Part shown: in pieces, positions 8,016 through 17,584 of the stretch
How positions within the stretch are numbered: position 1 is the stretch's first letter
How the letters are laid out: every line of letters begins with the position of its first letter
NCBI GenBank assembly: GCA_041179705.1
Contig: JBEGSW010000056.1
Span: 1,796 to 65,795, forward strand
DNA from: Bacillota bacterium
GTDB taxonomy: Bacteria > Bacillota > Bacilli > Paenibacillales > JBEGSW01
Direction: 5' to 3'
DNA length: 64,000 bases
Position numbers and translations under genes: made by a program
Notes under the pieces: model-generated
Seen by the model: the letters and a program-made list of their open reading frames with translations, nothing else
Told to the model about the DNA's origin: nothing
Databases searched by the model: none

Positions 8016-9059
8016 GTGTCCATTCATCGATTGAAAGCAATCCAAATCGGTTTAACTATTATCGGAACAATCGTTGGTGCTGGATTTGCAAGCGGGCAAG
8101 AAATTTTGATTTTCTTCTCGCGATTTGGCAACTGGGGCACACTTGGTATATGTATTGCAGTCAGTCTGATTATTTGGATAAGTACCCTAACGATGGTGTT
8201 TGCGCAAACCCATTCCATCACTTCGCCTCAACACTTTTATTCGCTATTGTTTGGTAGAACCCTGAACAAATTTGCCACAGCCTTGATGCTTGCTAGCCTA
8301 TTCGCAGTTAGTTGTGTCATGTTAGCAGGTGCTGGAACAGCTTTACAAAGCGTGTTTCCCATCCCTTATTGGACAGCAGCGCTAATTTCTGTTGCATTTA
8401 TTATTATAATCCTAAGCAAGCAATTAAATGGGCTATATTGGATTAATGGCATTGTTGTACCGATATTAATTGCGTTTGTATTTGTACTATTCTATTTCAG
8501 TTCATCGTACCGAGCATTTCCAGCTTGGCCAGAAACGATTGTTTCCATTCCAATATGGAAATCATTCTTTTATGCGATCAGTTATGTCTCATTCAATGTA
8601 ACGATGGCTCTAACCGTCCTGCTCTCCATAGGTGCACATACCCGTTCAAAATCGACAATCATCACGGGTGGTTGGATTGGCGGACTCGGTATCGGACTAT
8701 TGTTAATGTGCAGCCATTTTATCTTACTCAACAAAGGGGCGCACATTGGCGAACACGAACTTCCACTTGGCTTCCTGGCACAAAAACTATTCGCATGGAC
8801 AGGAAGCTTATACTTACTGTTAATTTATTTCGAAATTATGACCACATTAACAGCAAATGCGTTTGGATTGAGCCTACATCTGACCCAATTCAAACGCATT
8901 TCGCGTAATTCATTTATGATATTAACATTAATTTTATGTCTTCTCATCGGCCAACTTGGTTTCGCACGACTGTTGGATACGATTTATCCAATTGTCGGAA
9001 TCATGGGATTCGCCTGGATTATTGCGCTATTGTATTCCATTAAGAAGCATCGAATGTAA
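8016..9059 (+). CDS. YkvI-family membrane protein
   Basis: IGTIVGAGFASGQEILIFF N-terminal signature and multiple TM segments. Start moved to the GTG at 8016 (AAAGGAG 8 nt upstream) from the ORF-track TTG at 7920. Confidence 0.7.
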   Translation: MSIHRLKAIQIGLTIIGTIVGAGFASGQEILIFFSRFGNWGTLGICIAVSLIIWISTLTMVFAQTHSITSPQHFYSLLFGRTLNKFATALMLASLFAVSCVMLAGAGTALQSVFPIPYWTAALISVAFIIIILSKQLNGLYWINGIVVPILIAFVFVLFYFSSSYRAFPAWPETIVSIPIWKSFFYAISYVSFNVTMALTVLLSIGAHTRSKSTIITGGWIGGLGIGLLLMCSHFILLNKGAHIGEHELPLGFLAQKLFAWTGSLYLLLIYFEIMTTLTANAFGLSLHLTQFKRISRNSFMILTLILCLLIGQLGFARLLDTIYPIVGIMGFAWIIALLYSIKKHRM

Positions 9060-10170
9060 CATATATTTTTTTTAATTCACTAATCACTCGCGTTAATGAA
9101 TACAATTTCTTGGCGCGTTCATAGGCTGAGCGCGCTAATTCATAGCGATAATCCGGATCATTAAACATTTGTTCCAACGCATCAGCTAGTGCATCAGCAT
9201 CTCCAACTGGTACAAGTAGACCATTAGAACCATGTTCAATTTGTTCTGAGATTCCCCCTACATCGGTACCAACTAGCGATAAATGACATAACGCAGCTTC
9301 GGCAAATACACTTCCAAATGCTTCAGCACGAGATGGGAGAACAAAAATATCGAAGAAAGGCATAAATTCTTCAGGATGTAGCATATACCCATAAAAAATT
9401 GTGTCATTATATACATCCTGATCCATTGCCAATTGTTCTAATTCAGGTCGAATCGGACCGTCACCAATTAAATGCAGCACAAAGTTGTGTCCACGACGGC
9501 GCAGCTTCCCACATGCAACAAGTAATGTATCAATCCCCTTAGCTGGAACCAGACGGCAAAGTGAAACGAGTTGCGGAACGGCATTTTCATGTGGAATTGG
9601 TTTAAACCGTTTCGCATCAAATCCATTCGGTATTACAAATACTTGATTTGCATCTAGCATGTGATCAGACAAGTACGATTTGAAAGCTTGAGAAACCGTG
9701 ATAATTCCATCCATCTTGACTTCTAGTTCTCTATATAAGCTTGTCAAAAAACGCACTTCTTCGCCATCTTCAGGAACTTTTCCATTTAACACGAGTTCAT
9801 TCTCATAACTGGAGTGAATTGTAATAATTACAGGTGTATTTGGAAACACATGCTTCATTACCAACGCAGTAATCGGATGGTGTGCATGAATTAAATCATA
9901 TTTATTATCCTTGATTCGAAGCAACGTCCACCATAAGTAATCTTTAAAAGTCTGCACATACTTATCGATGATTGGATTGCCTTCAAACGTTTTCCAATCG
10001 AACGTCTCAAATTCAAATAATGTTTGCCCTTTACTCCGTATGCGTTTCGGCAAAGAAAAAAGTTCCATGTCCCATCCAAGTTTAATGAATTTTTCTTGAA
10101 TATAGGGAACCATGGAGGAGACACCACCAGGTTGTTCCGGCGGGAAAAACAATGCTTGTAATACTTTCAT
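9040..10170 (-). CDS. Glycosyltransferase, GT4 (GT-B fold) family
   Basis: MKVLQALFFPPEQPGGVSS N-terminus and the C-terminal EAFGSVFAEAALCHLSLVGTDVGG (E-x7-E region) typical of GT4. Start chosen at the ATG at 10170 (GAGG upstream); 10197 is also possible. Convergent 20-nt overlap with the ykvI-like gene. Confidence 0.78.
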   Translation of the reverse strand: MKVLQALFFPPEQPGGVSSMVPYIQEKFIKLGWDMELFSLPKRIRSKGQTLFEFETFDWKTFEGNPIIDKYVQTFKDYLWWTLLRIKDNKYDLIHAHHPITALVMKHVFPNTPVIITIHSSYENELVLNGKVPEDGEEVRFLTSLYRELEVKMDGIITVSQAFKSYLSDHMLDANQVFVIPNGFDAKRFKPIPHENAVPQLVSLCRLVPAKGIDTLLVACGKLRRRGHNFVLHLIGDGPIRPELEQLAMDQDVYNDTIFYGYMLHPEEFMPFFDIFVLPSRAEAFGSVFAEAALCHLSLVGTDVGGISEQIEHGSNGLLVPVGDADALADALEQMFNDPDYRYELARSAYERAKKLYSLTRVISELKKIYVTFDAS

Positions 10171-10200
10171 TGGACGCAACCTCGCTTTCATCCCCATTTA

Positions 10201-11742
10201 TTAGGATTCTAATACATATGACGCAATTGCATCTGATACCCCATCATCGTTATTCGATGCCACGACGAAATCCGCAACTTCCAAAACCTCTTGTGTTGAA
10301 TTCGAAACAGCGATACCAATTCCTGCATAATGTAACATTTCAATGTCATTGTTGTAATTTCCAATGGCAACGACTTGCTCTGGTATATATCCTCTTGATT
10401 TGGCATAGTGCGCCAAAGCTACCCCTTTATTCACACTGGGCACCATGAAGTCGATAAAATAGATTCCACTTCGAACCATTGTGATTCCGGCTGGCATGAT
10501 TTTTGATAATGTTTGTTGAAAATCATCTAGCCTAACTGGATCCGGCTCATAGACTGTCACTTTTACAACGCCACCATCTAAACTTTCAAAATCAGAAATA
10601 AATTCTGGCTCAACTTCATACAAATCATACATTTTTTTTGCTTCTGGAATCAGGTTCTCCACAAATAATGATGTGGCTGTACTCACATCGAAGAATAACT
10701 GTGAATTTCTCAACATTACAAGCAATTCTTTGTAAATTGGCGTTTCGATTTCGATCTGTTGCTGGACTTCTAAAGCATCCCCATTCACTGTTGCAGCTCC
10801 GTTGTGACTTATAATCGTCCCGCTAAGACCCATTTGTTGAAATACTGGTAATGCGCTTGGTGCCCCTCTGCCCGTACAAAGCACAACCTCTATCCCACTA
10901 GCGGCAACTTTTTGAACAGATGCGATATTCACTTCCGACAGCGAATGGTCATCACGAAGTAAGGTTCCATCTACATCAAGTGCAAGTAATTTAATTGCAC
11001 GTTTGCTTTTATGTATCGATTGAAGTTGTACTAATTCGGTCTCTGTTAATGTGCGATAAGAGCCGAGAGGCAACGTGCGATCCAAATCGAGATTACCCAT
11101 TCGAATGCGTTGCAAATAAATGACTTTCCGACCAATGGCTTCAAACATCCGTTTAACTTGATGATATTTCCCTTCTTGAATCGTAATTTCAATTTCATTA
11201 CTTTGTATTGCATCTCCGATTAACTTTAAAACAGCAGGCATGGTGACATAGCCATCGTCTAATTGTATCCCTTGTTGAAAGGAGAAAATTGCTTCTTCCC
11301 CAACAACACCATCTAACTTAGCAAAATAAGTCTTATCCACGTGTTTGCGGGGAGATAGCAATTGGTGAGCGAGTTTACCATCATTCGTCAACAATAAGAG
11401 TCCTTCTGTATCTTTATCCAATCTACCAACCGGAAACGGCGCAAAATGTTTCTCTTGTTCCGTCAATAAATCAATCACCGTGCGATCTCGCAAATCTTCT
11501 GTCGCTGATAGTACTCCCGGTGGCTTGTTCAACATGAGATAAATATATTTCTTATAGGTCACTGCCTGACCATCTACATGAATGTGATCCTGTTCTGGAT
11601 TGAGATGGAAGGAAGTATCTTTAACGATTTCACCATTGACGAGAATCCGACCTTGTTTTGCCATCTTTTTTAACTCCGAACGGGTTGCAATTCCCAGCGA
11701 AGATAACACTTTATCTAGTCTTTGTGTACCTTTTGCTTTCAT
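10201..11742 (-). CDS. Fusion protein: S4 + RsuA-type pseudouridine synthase fused to a Cof-type HAD-IIB hydrolase
   Basis: N-terminal half is collinear with RsuA: RLDKVL (S4), LNKPPGVLS, GRLDKDTEGLLLLTNDG (catalytic Asp), EGKYHQVKRMF. C-terminal half starts LALDVDGTLL (HAD motif I), then CTGR and GNYNNDIEML (motif IV). One uninterrupted ORF. ATG at 11742 with GAAGGAGG 7 nt upstream. Confidence 0.85.
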   Translation of the reverse strand: MKAKGTQRLDKVLSSLGIATRSELKKMAKQGRILVNGEIVKDTSFHLNPEQDHIHVDGQAVTYKKYIYLMLNKPPGVLSATEDLRDRTVIDLLTEQEKHFAPFPVGRLDKDTEGLLLLTNDGKLAHQLLSPRKHVDKTYFAKLDGVVGEEAIFSFQQGIQLDDGYVTMPAVLKLIGDAIQSNEIEITIQEGKYHQVKRMFEAIGRKVIYLQRIRMGNLDLDRTLPLGSYRTLTETELVQLQSIHKSKRAIKLLALDVDGTLLRDDHSLSEVNIASVQKVAASGIEVVLCTGRGAPSALPVFQQMGLSGTIISHNGAATVNGDALEVQQQIEIETPIYKELLVMLRNSQLFFDVSTATSLFVENLIPEAKKMYDLYEVEPEFISDFESLDGGVVKVTVYEPDPVRLDDFQQTLSKIMPAGITMVRSGIYFIDFMVPSVNKGVALAHYAKSRGYIPEQVVAIGNYNNDIEMLHYAGIGIAVSNSTQEVLEVADFVVASNNDDGVSDAIASYVLES

Positions 11743-11816
11743 TTGGACGTCCTCCTTCACACACCTACCTAAAAACGATTATAATATGAGAAGAACATTA
11801 TATGAAGGAGACTTTC

Positions 11817-12326
11817 ATGAAAAAGCTGCTAATTACAGTATTAATTGTTGGATTACTGTTCACCGCACTTGGATTTATCTCTTATTACCAAAAAAAGAAC
11901 ACGAATGATGCAAGTGAACGAGATGCTCAAAGATTATATGAAACAAGCGCATCCCAATTAAATCCTGAGACAGTCAAATTATTAACAAATAAAAATTACC
12001 AATATGTGATTACACGCAACAAACTTGAACAGCTGATTGACGAGAAGCAATCCTTTTATGTGTACTTTTTTTCTCCGACATGTCCGCATTGTCTTCGATC
12101 AACTGAACTCGTAAATACAGAAATGAAAAAGCGCAATATCGCAATCTATCAGTACAATGTCTTAGAAGACCAATCGGCATTTGATGACTTCAACATAGAT
12201 GCTACACCAACGATTTCCTACTTCAAAGATGGAAAGCAGACGGATCAAGCAGTGGGTGAAGTTTCTAATGAACTTAATCATGCTTATACGCCTGAAACTT
12301 TTGGTAAGTGGCTAGATCGTCATTAG
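11817..12326 (+). CDS. Membrane-anchored thioredoxin-like protein (CPHC)
   Basis: N-terminal TM helix KKLLITVLIVGLLFTALGFI, then FFSPTCPHCL thioredoxin-fold active site. ATG at 11817 preceded by AAGGAG. Confidence 0.75.
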   Translation: MKKLLITVLIVGLLFTALGFISYYQKKNTNDASERDAQRLYETSASQLNPETVKLLTNKNYQYVITRNKLEQLIDEKQSFYVYFFSPTCPHCLRSTELVNTEMKKRNIAIYQYNVLEDQSAFDDFNIDATPTISYFKDGKQTDQAVGEVSNELNHAYTPETFGKWLDRH

Positions 12327-12334
12327 TAAAAACG

Positions 12335-12366
12335 AAGGAGCATTCTCATTGAGAATGCTCCTTTTA
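12335..12366. terminator. Bidirectional terminator
   Basis: AAGGAGCATTCTC (12335-12347) pairs perfectly with GAGAATGCTCCTT (12351-12363), then TTT. Lies between convergent genes. Confidence 0.7.
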
Positions 12367-12759
12367 TTCTTCATGGTGTGGAACGTACTGTGACGCTAAA
12401 TGTTCGAGCTTATCATCCGTTATTTTTAATGCGAACGGAGCAAACGGGAAATTACCTTCTACAAGAAGACGATTCAAATAGGATTCGGCATTTCGATATA
12501 GCAAGGCAATATCTGCCCCACATTCAATCTGCTGTTTATCAGCTAATTTATCGAGTGATTGTGTGAGGAGTTTTATCGCCCCGCTCAAATTATCATTCTC
12601 ATGATGGTACAGTCCTACCGCAACCTGCAATAGCCCTTGCCAAAATGGATTCCGACCATCTTCCATCCACAATTCTTCCATCACTTCATGACACTCAAAA
12701 TAGTCTTTCTCAATATTAAAATAATAAACAAACGCAACATACAAATCATGATAATTCAT
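12364..12759 (-). CDS. DUF309-domain protein
   Basis: FNIEKDYFECHEVMEELW...GLLQVAVGLYH matches the DUF309 signature as I recall it. The start is 3 nt after the relQ-like stop, with its RBS GAGGAA inside the upstream gene. Confidence 0.7.
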   Translation of the reverse strand: MNYHDLYVAFVYYFNIEKDYFECHEVMEELWMEDGRNPFWQGLLQVAVGLYHHENDNLSGAIKLLTQSLDKLADKQQIECGADIALLYRNAESYLNRLLVEGNFPFAPFALKITDDKLEHLASQYVPHHEE

Positions 12760-12762
12760 CCG

Positions 12763-13383
12763 TTATTCCTCAATATTCTTTGTATTATCGTGCTTAGCCA
12801 ATTCACTTCGAATACTCGACATTTCTACATCTAAATTATATGCTGCTTCAGCTGCTTTCTGGAGTCTTATGCGAAGTTCACTAGGCATATTTCCTTTAAA
12901 CTTATAGTTTAGTGAGTGTTCGATTGTCGCCCAAAAATTCATTGCTAATGTACGAATTTGAATTTCAACGAGTATTTTTTTCATCCCTATTGCAGTCTGG
13001 ACAGGGTAAGAGACAATCATATGATGACTGCGATATCCGCTATCCTTCTGATTGCTTACATAATCCTTTTCATAGATAAGCGTCATGTCCTCTCGATCAC
13101 GAATCATTGCAGAAACACGATCAATGTCTTCTACAAATTGACACATCATTCGAATTCCTGCTATGTCCTCAATCTCGGTTTCTAGATTATCTTTATGAAC
13201 GCCTAATCTGTCTGCTTTTTCGAGAATACTCAAAACATGTTTAACACGACCGGTTACAAACTCAATCGGAGATAAATCTTCTCTCTTTTTTAGATCTGCT
13301 CGCATCGATTTGAATTTGACTTTCAATTCCTCTACTGCCTGTTCATAGGGCATTAAGAACATGCCCCAATCTCTTCCATCCAT
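12763..13383 (-). CDS. relQ: Small alarmone synthetase (GTP pyrophosphokinase, YjbM/RelQ type)
   Basis: Near-collinear with remembered B. subtilis YjbM: SPIEFVTGRVK, DIAGIRMMCQFVEDI, SGYRSHHMIV, EIQIRTLAMNFWATIEHSLNYK. Confidence 0.9.
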   Translation of the reverse strand: MDGRDWGMFLMPYEQAVEELKVKFKSMRADLKKREDLSPIEFVTGRVKHVLSILEKADRLGVHKDNLETEIEDIAGIRMMCQFVEDIDRVSAMIRDREDMTLIYEKDYVSNQKDSGYRSHHMIVSYPVQTAIGMKKILVEIQIRTLAMNFWATIEHSLNYKFKGNMPSELRIRLQKAAEAAYNLDVEMSSIRSELAKHDNTKNIEE

Positions 13384-13405
13384 TCACTTGCCCCCTAATA
13401 AATGG

Positions 13406-14503
13406 CTATTGATGCGCTGTACCTACCGCTTCTGAGATATGTTTATACCCATCTCTTTGCAGTAATGCAAGAAGTCCATTCTGTATTTGACGGTTAATTG
13501 CCGGACCATGATAAACCATTCCTGTGTATACCTCGATCATGCTCGCACCCGCTCGTATTTTTTCATATGCATCCTCAGCTGTGAATATGCCACCTGACCC
13601 AATAATTGGCAGTGATCCTTTTGTCTGCTTGTAAATTTCATGAATCACTTGCGTCGATCGATCTTTTAATGGCTTTCCACTTAATCCGCCTGTCTCTCTC
13701 TTATTTGGATGCTGCAATCCCTCACGAGAAAGTGTCGTATTCGTAGCAATTATTCCATCAATATTAGAGCGAACCACCGTCGCAATAATTGATGTTAACT
13801 CGTCTTCATTTAGATCTGGTGCAATTTTTACTAGAACGGCTTTTGGTTTTTCTTCTTTATTTGCTTTACTTAAAGCTTTTGCTTCATCTCTAACTGCAAT
13901 TAAAAGATTTTCTAATTCGTCACCATGTTGCAACTTTCGTAAATCCGGTGTATTCGGTGAACTTATATTTACAACAAAGAAGTCGCCTTGCTTATATAAT
14001 CCCCGCATACAAGCAATATAATCTTGAATCGCATCTTCATTCGGTGTCACTTTATTTTTGCCAATGTTAATCGCTATTGGAATTCTTCGCTCTGTTAAAG
14101 CGTCAAGTCGATGAAATAGCGTGTCAATTCCTTCATTATTAAACCCCATTCGGTTAATTAAAGCTTCGTCAGGTGGTAATCTGAAACTTCTTGGTTGTTC
14201 ATTCCCTGGTTGTGCTTTTGGTGTTACTGTGCCTACTTCTAGGAAACCAAACCCTACGTTGGAGAAAGCTTTGACTGCCTCCGCATTTTTATCTAATCCA
14301 GCCGCTAAACCGATTGGGGTGTGAAAGGTAAGCCCAAACAACTGCGTCTCTAACATACGAGTCGCTTTCGTGCCATAAATCCCTCGCAATAACGCAGTTG
14401 CACCGGGAATTTTCCCTGCTACATGTAGACCAAACATTGTCAAATGATGTGCAGTCTCAGGTTGCAAACGGAATAACAACGGTCTAATCAATTTCTGATA
14501 CAT
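13406..14503 (-). CDS. pyrD: Dihydroorotate dehydrogenase (quinone), class 2
   Basis: 365 aa with the class 2 N-terminal extension (MYQKLIRPLLFRLQPETAHH), GLAAGLDKN, EVGTVTP, NRMGFNNEG, GGLSGKPL. Confidence 0.9.
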   Translation of the reverse strand: MYQKLIRPLLFRLQPETAHHLTMFGLHVAGKIPGATALLRGIYGTKATRMLETQLFGLTFHTPIGLAAGLDKNAEAVKAFSNVGFGFLEVGTVTPKAQPGNEQPRSFRLPPDEALINRMGFNNEGIDTLFHRLDALTERRIPIAINIGKNKVTPNEDAIQDYIACMRGLYKQGDFFVVNISSPNTPDLRKLQHGDELENLLIAVRDEAKALSKANKEEKPKAVLVKIAPDLNEDELTSIIATVVRSNIDGIIATNTTLSREGLQHPNKRETGGLSGKPLKDRSTQVIHEIYKQTKGSLPIIGSGGIFTAEDAYEKIRAGASMIEVYTGMVYHGPAINRQIQNGLLALLQRDGYKHISEAVGTAHQ

Positions 14504-14661
14504 AGCATTCTCTCCGATCTTTTTATGATTACTCCTATATTAAAGTGTACCAATACCCGTTAAACCTGAAAAGTGAAAATCTCACACACTGGAAATCGAT
14601 AGTGTGTTATGATTTGGCCATCAAATCTATTACGCATGAATTACAAGGGGGATTTACGAGT

Positions 14662-14799
14662 ATGTCTAAGAGAAAATTAACCTATCTACAAAAGAAACAA
14701 CTAGAGAACCAAGTCAACAAAAAAGCAATTGTCTGGATTTCTAGTATAACCGTTACTTTTATCCTCACGATTGTCGTACTCGTGATTATCAACAATTAA
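14662..14799 (+). CDS. Possible 45-aa membrane micro-protein
   Basis: MSKRKLTYLQKKQLENQVNKKAIVWISSITVTFILTIVVLVIINN. AAGGGGGA lies 9 nt upstream of the ATG at 14662 and a terminator follows. The ORF-track start at 14545 is probably too far upstream. Confidence 0.4.
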   Translation: MSKRKLTYLQKKQLENQVNKKAIVWISSITVTFILTIVVLVIINN

Positions 14800-14813
14800 A
14801 TGGTGAATCGCAT

Positions 14814-14850
14814 AAAAAAGCTGCTAGCGACAACTCGCTAGCAGCTTTTA
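14814..14850. terminator. Bidirectional terminator
   Basis: AAAAGCTGCTAGCGA, loop CAAC, TCGCTAGCAGCTTTT: a perfect 15-bp stem flanked by A- and T-runs, between convergent genes. Confidence 0.8.
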
Positions 14851-14858
14851 TTTCGTTC

Positions 14859-15134
<276 letters not shown>

Positions 15135-15299
15135 TTACCAATGATAATACAACGCCATACAAAGTTCAAACGAAATTCAAAAAAAACTAAGGATTTTTCA
15201 TTTGAATCGCGCTCGATATCTACAATTAAACAAAAGCGTGATATAATATTCAAAATGATTCAATGGAACTTCATTTGTCATAGTCCGTAGGAGGTTTAC

Positions 15300-16916
15300 A
15301 TGTCTAATTTAGTAACCATTTTTGATACAACATTACGAGATGGCACACAAGGCGAAGGCATTAGTTTATCTGTTGAAGATAAATTGAAAATCGCTGTTAA
15401 ACTTGATGCGCTAGGAGTATCTTATATCGAAGGCGGATGGCCTGGTAGTAATAACAAGGACATCGAATTTTTTAATCGCATTCAAAGCATTAAACTAAAT
15501 AACGCGAAAGTTACTGCATTTGGAAGTACGCGTCGTAAGTTTACTGATCCCGCTCAAGATGCCAACCTAAAGGCCATTCTTGATTGTGGTGTGAAAGTCG
15601 CTACGATTTTCGGTAAATCGTGGGATTTCCAAGTTACGATGGCGTTACAGACAACACTTGAAGAGAATCTAGCGATGATTTATGACTCTGTCCATTATTT
15701 GACACAACAAGGACTGGAAGTCATTTATGACGCAGAACATTTCTTTGATGGCTATAAGAATAATCAGGAATATGCTTTACAGACAATCAAAGAAGCAGAG
15801 CGTGCCGGTGCGAAATGGGTTGTTCTATGCGATACAAATGGCGGTTCATTACCAGCGGAAGTCAGCCGAATTACGAAACACGTCATTGAAAGTATTCAGT
15901 GTCCTGTCGGCATCCACGCACATAACGATTGCGAACTCGCTGTAGCCAATAGTATTGCTGCTGTCGAGGCAGGGGCTAGACAAGTTCAAGGTACAATCAA
16001 TGGCTTCGGGGAAAGATGCGGAAACGCCAACTTGTGTTCAATTATTCCTTCTCTTCAACTCAAGTTAAAATACGACATCATTTCTTCTGAACAACTTTCC
16101 ACATTAACCGGGGTTGCTAGATATGTTAGTGAAATCGCTAATGTGCACTTCCCAGTTAATATGCCGTATGTTGGACATGCTGCGTTTGCCCATAAAGGTG
16201 GGATTCATGTGTCAGCAATCTTAAGAGATTCGAAGACATATGAACACATTACACCTGAATTAGTCGGTAACAAACAGCGTGTACTTGTATCTGAATTAGC
16301 AGGTCAAAGTAATCTTGTGTTCAAAGCACAGGAACTAAACCTTGATTTTAATTTAGAGAACGAACAAACCAAAGCAATTATTAATAAAATTAAAGACTTA
16401 GAACATGAAGGCTATCAGTTCGAAGGGGCAGATGCTTCACTAGAGTTACTCCTTCGCGGAATGAATGGTTCAACAACAGAACTATTTAAACTCGAGTCCT
16501 TTAAGTTACTCGTTGAGAAACATGCGGATCGTCCAGTGCTTTCCGAAGCAATTGTTAAGTTAAATGTCAGTGGACAGAGCGTTTACACCGTAGCTGAAGG
16601 CAACGGACCAGTGAACGCCTTAGATAATGCGCTAAGAAAAGCGCTAATTACGTTTTATCCAGAAATTGAATCTATGCATCTCTCAGACTATAAAGTTCGT
16701 GTTATTAATGAAACTGACGCAACTGCAGCGAAAGTTCGTGTACTTATCGAATCTTCCAATCTTGATGATTCTTGGAACACTGTCGGCGTTTCTGAGAACA
16801 TTATCGAAGCGAGTTGGCAAGCTCTCGTTGACAGTATTCGATATGCCTTAATCGGAAAAGATATTGCTGCTACAATCGAGACAACGAAACAATCAATCGG
16901 ACTTCAAAACCACTAG
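15300..16916 (+). CDS. cimA: Citramalate synthase (CimA / IPMS-related family)
   Basis: IFDTTLRDGTQGEGISLSVEDKLKIAVKLDALGVSYIEGGWPGSNNKDIEFF is the CimA-type N-terminus; 538 aa with a C-terminal regulatory domain. RBS TAGGAGG. Possible extended -10 TGATATAAT near 15239-15247. Confidence 0.85.
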   Translation: MSNLVTIFDTTLRDGTQGEGISLSVEDKLKIAVKLDALGVSYIEGGWPGSNNKDIEFFNRIQSIKLNNAKVTAFGSTRRKFTDPAQDANLKAILDCGVKVATIFGKSWDFQVTMALQTTLEENLAMIYDSVHYLTQQGLEVIYDAEHFFDGYKNNQEYALQTIKEAERAGAKWVVLCDTNGGSLPAEVSRITKHVIESIQCPVGIHAHNDCELAVANSIAAVEAGARQVQGTINGFGERCGNANLCSIIPSLQLKLKYDIISSEQLSTLTGVARYVSEIANVHFPVNMPYVGHAAFAHKGGIHVSAILRDSKTYEHITPELVGNKQRVLVSELAGQSNLVFKAQELNLDFNLENEQTKAIINKIKDLEHEGYQFEGADASLELLLRGMNGSTTELFKLESFKLLVEKHADRPVLSEAIVKLNVSGQSVYTVAEGNGPVNALDNALRKALITFYPEIESMHLSDYKVRVINETDATAAKVRVLIESSNLDDSWNTVGVSENIIEASWQALVDSIRYALIGKDIAATIETTKQSIGLQNH

Positions 16917-16920
16917 TACA

Positions 16921-16978
16921 AACATAAATAAGGGATTCCACAGTAGATTTTCTACCGTTGGAATCCCTTATTTATGTT
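16921..16978. repeat. Perfect 20-bp inverted repeat (terminator-like hairpin without a clean U-tract)
   Basis: AACATAAATAAGGGATTCCA (16921-16940) is the exact reverse complement of TGGAATCCCTTATTTATGTT (16959-16978), with an 18-nt loop. The right arm overlaps the 3' end of the convergent redoxin gene. Confidence 0.6.
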
Positions 16979-17504
16979 TATCAATGACTTCTCTAAATTG
17001 TGCATAGGTTCGTAATCCTGCCATAGTCGCAACAACCTGTCCATTTGGATTCACGAGATACGTTGATGGATACCCAACTACCTGATACGACTCAGTTGCT
17101 TGCCCGGTTACGTCAAATACAATTGTAAACTTTAAATCATGCTTTAATACAAATGCACGCGCCTTAGCCTCATTATCTACATGTGCAGCATTTATCCCAA
17201 TGATTTCAATCTGATCTCCGTAATGCTTGTACAGTTTAACTAAATCAGCAGACTCTTCCTCACATGGACCACACCAAGATGCCCAAAAATTAACGAGCGT
17301 CCAACTTGATGTCTTGCCACCAATCGTCCGCACATTACCCTGCCAATCCTTCAACTGTAAGACTGGGGCAGTAATGATAGTATCTGTTTTATTAGAAGAA
17401 AGAAGATTTTTGGATGTAGAATCAAATTCATTTCTATCCATAAGCGTAAATAAAAGCATGCCAGCAATCAAAATGGTTACAACGATAGTCGAAGCTTTTC
17501 TCAT
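16968..17504 (-). CDS. Membrane-anchored thiol-disulfide oxidoreductase (TlpA/ResA-like redoxin)
   Basis: N-terminal TM helix, then NFWASWCGPCEEE (CxxC redoxin motif). Confidence 0.8.
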   Translation of the reverse strand: MRKASTIVVTILIAGMLLFTLMDRNEFDSTSKNLLSSNKTDTIITAPVLQLKDWQGNVRTIGGKTSSWTLVNFWASWCGPCEEESADLVKLYKHYGDQIEIIGINAAHVDNEAKARAFVLKHDLKFTIVFDVTGQATESYQVVGYPSTYLVNPNGQVVATMAGLRTYAQFREVIDKHK

Positions 17505-17556
17505 TACCCGCCTCCCTCTACACTAATTATAGCAATTTTATGCTGCGTTCCAACAT

Positions 17557-17584
17557 AAAAGACTACCCCTTGGGTAGTCTTTTT
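17557..17584. terminator. Terminator after the exonuclease gene
   Basis: AAAAGACTACCC pairs with GGGTAGTCTTTT around a 3-nt loop, with A/T runs on both sides. It abuts the stop at 17583. Confidence 0.7.
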
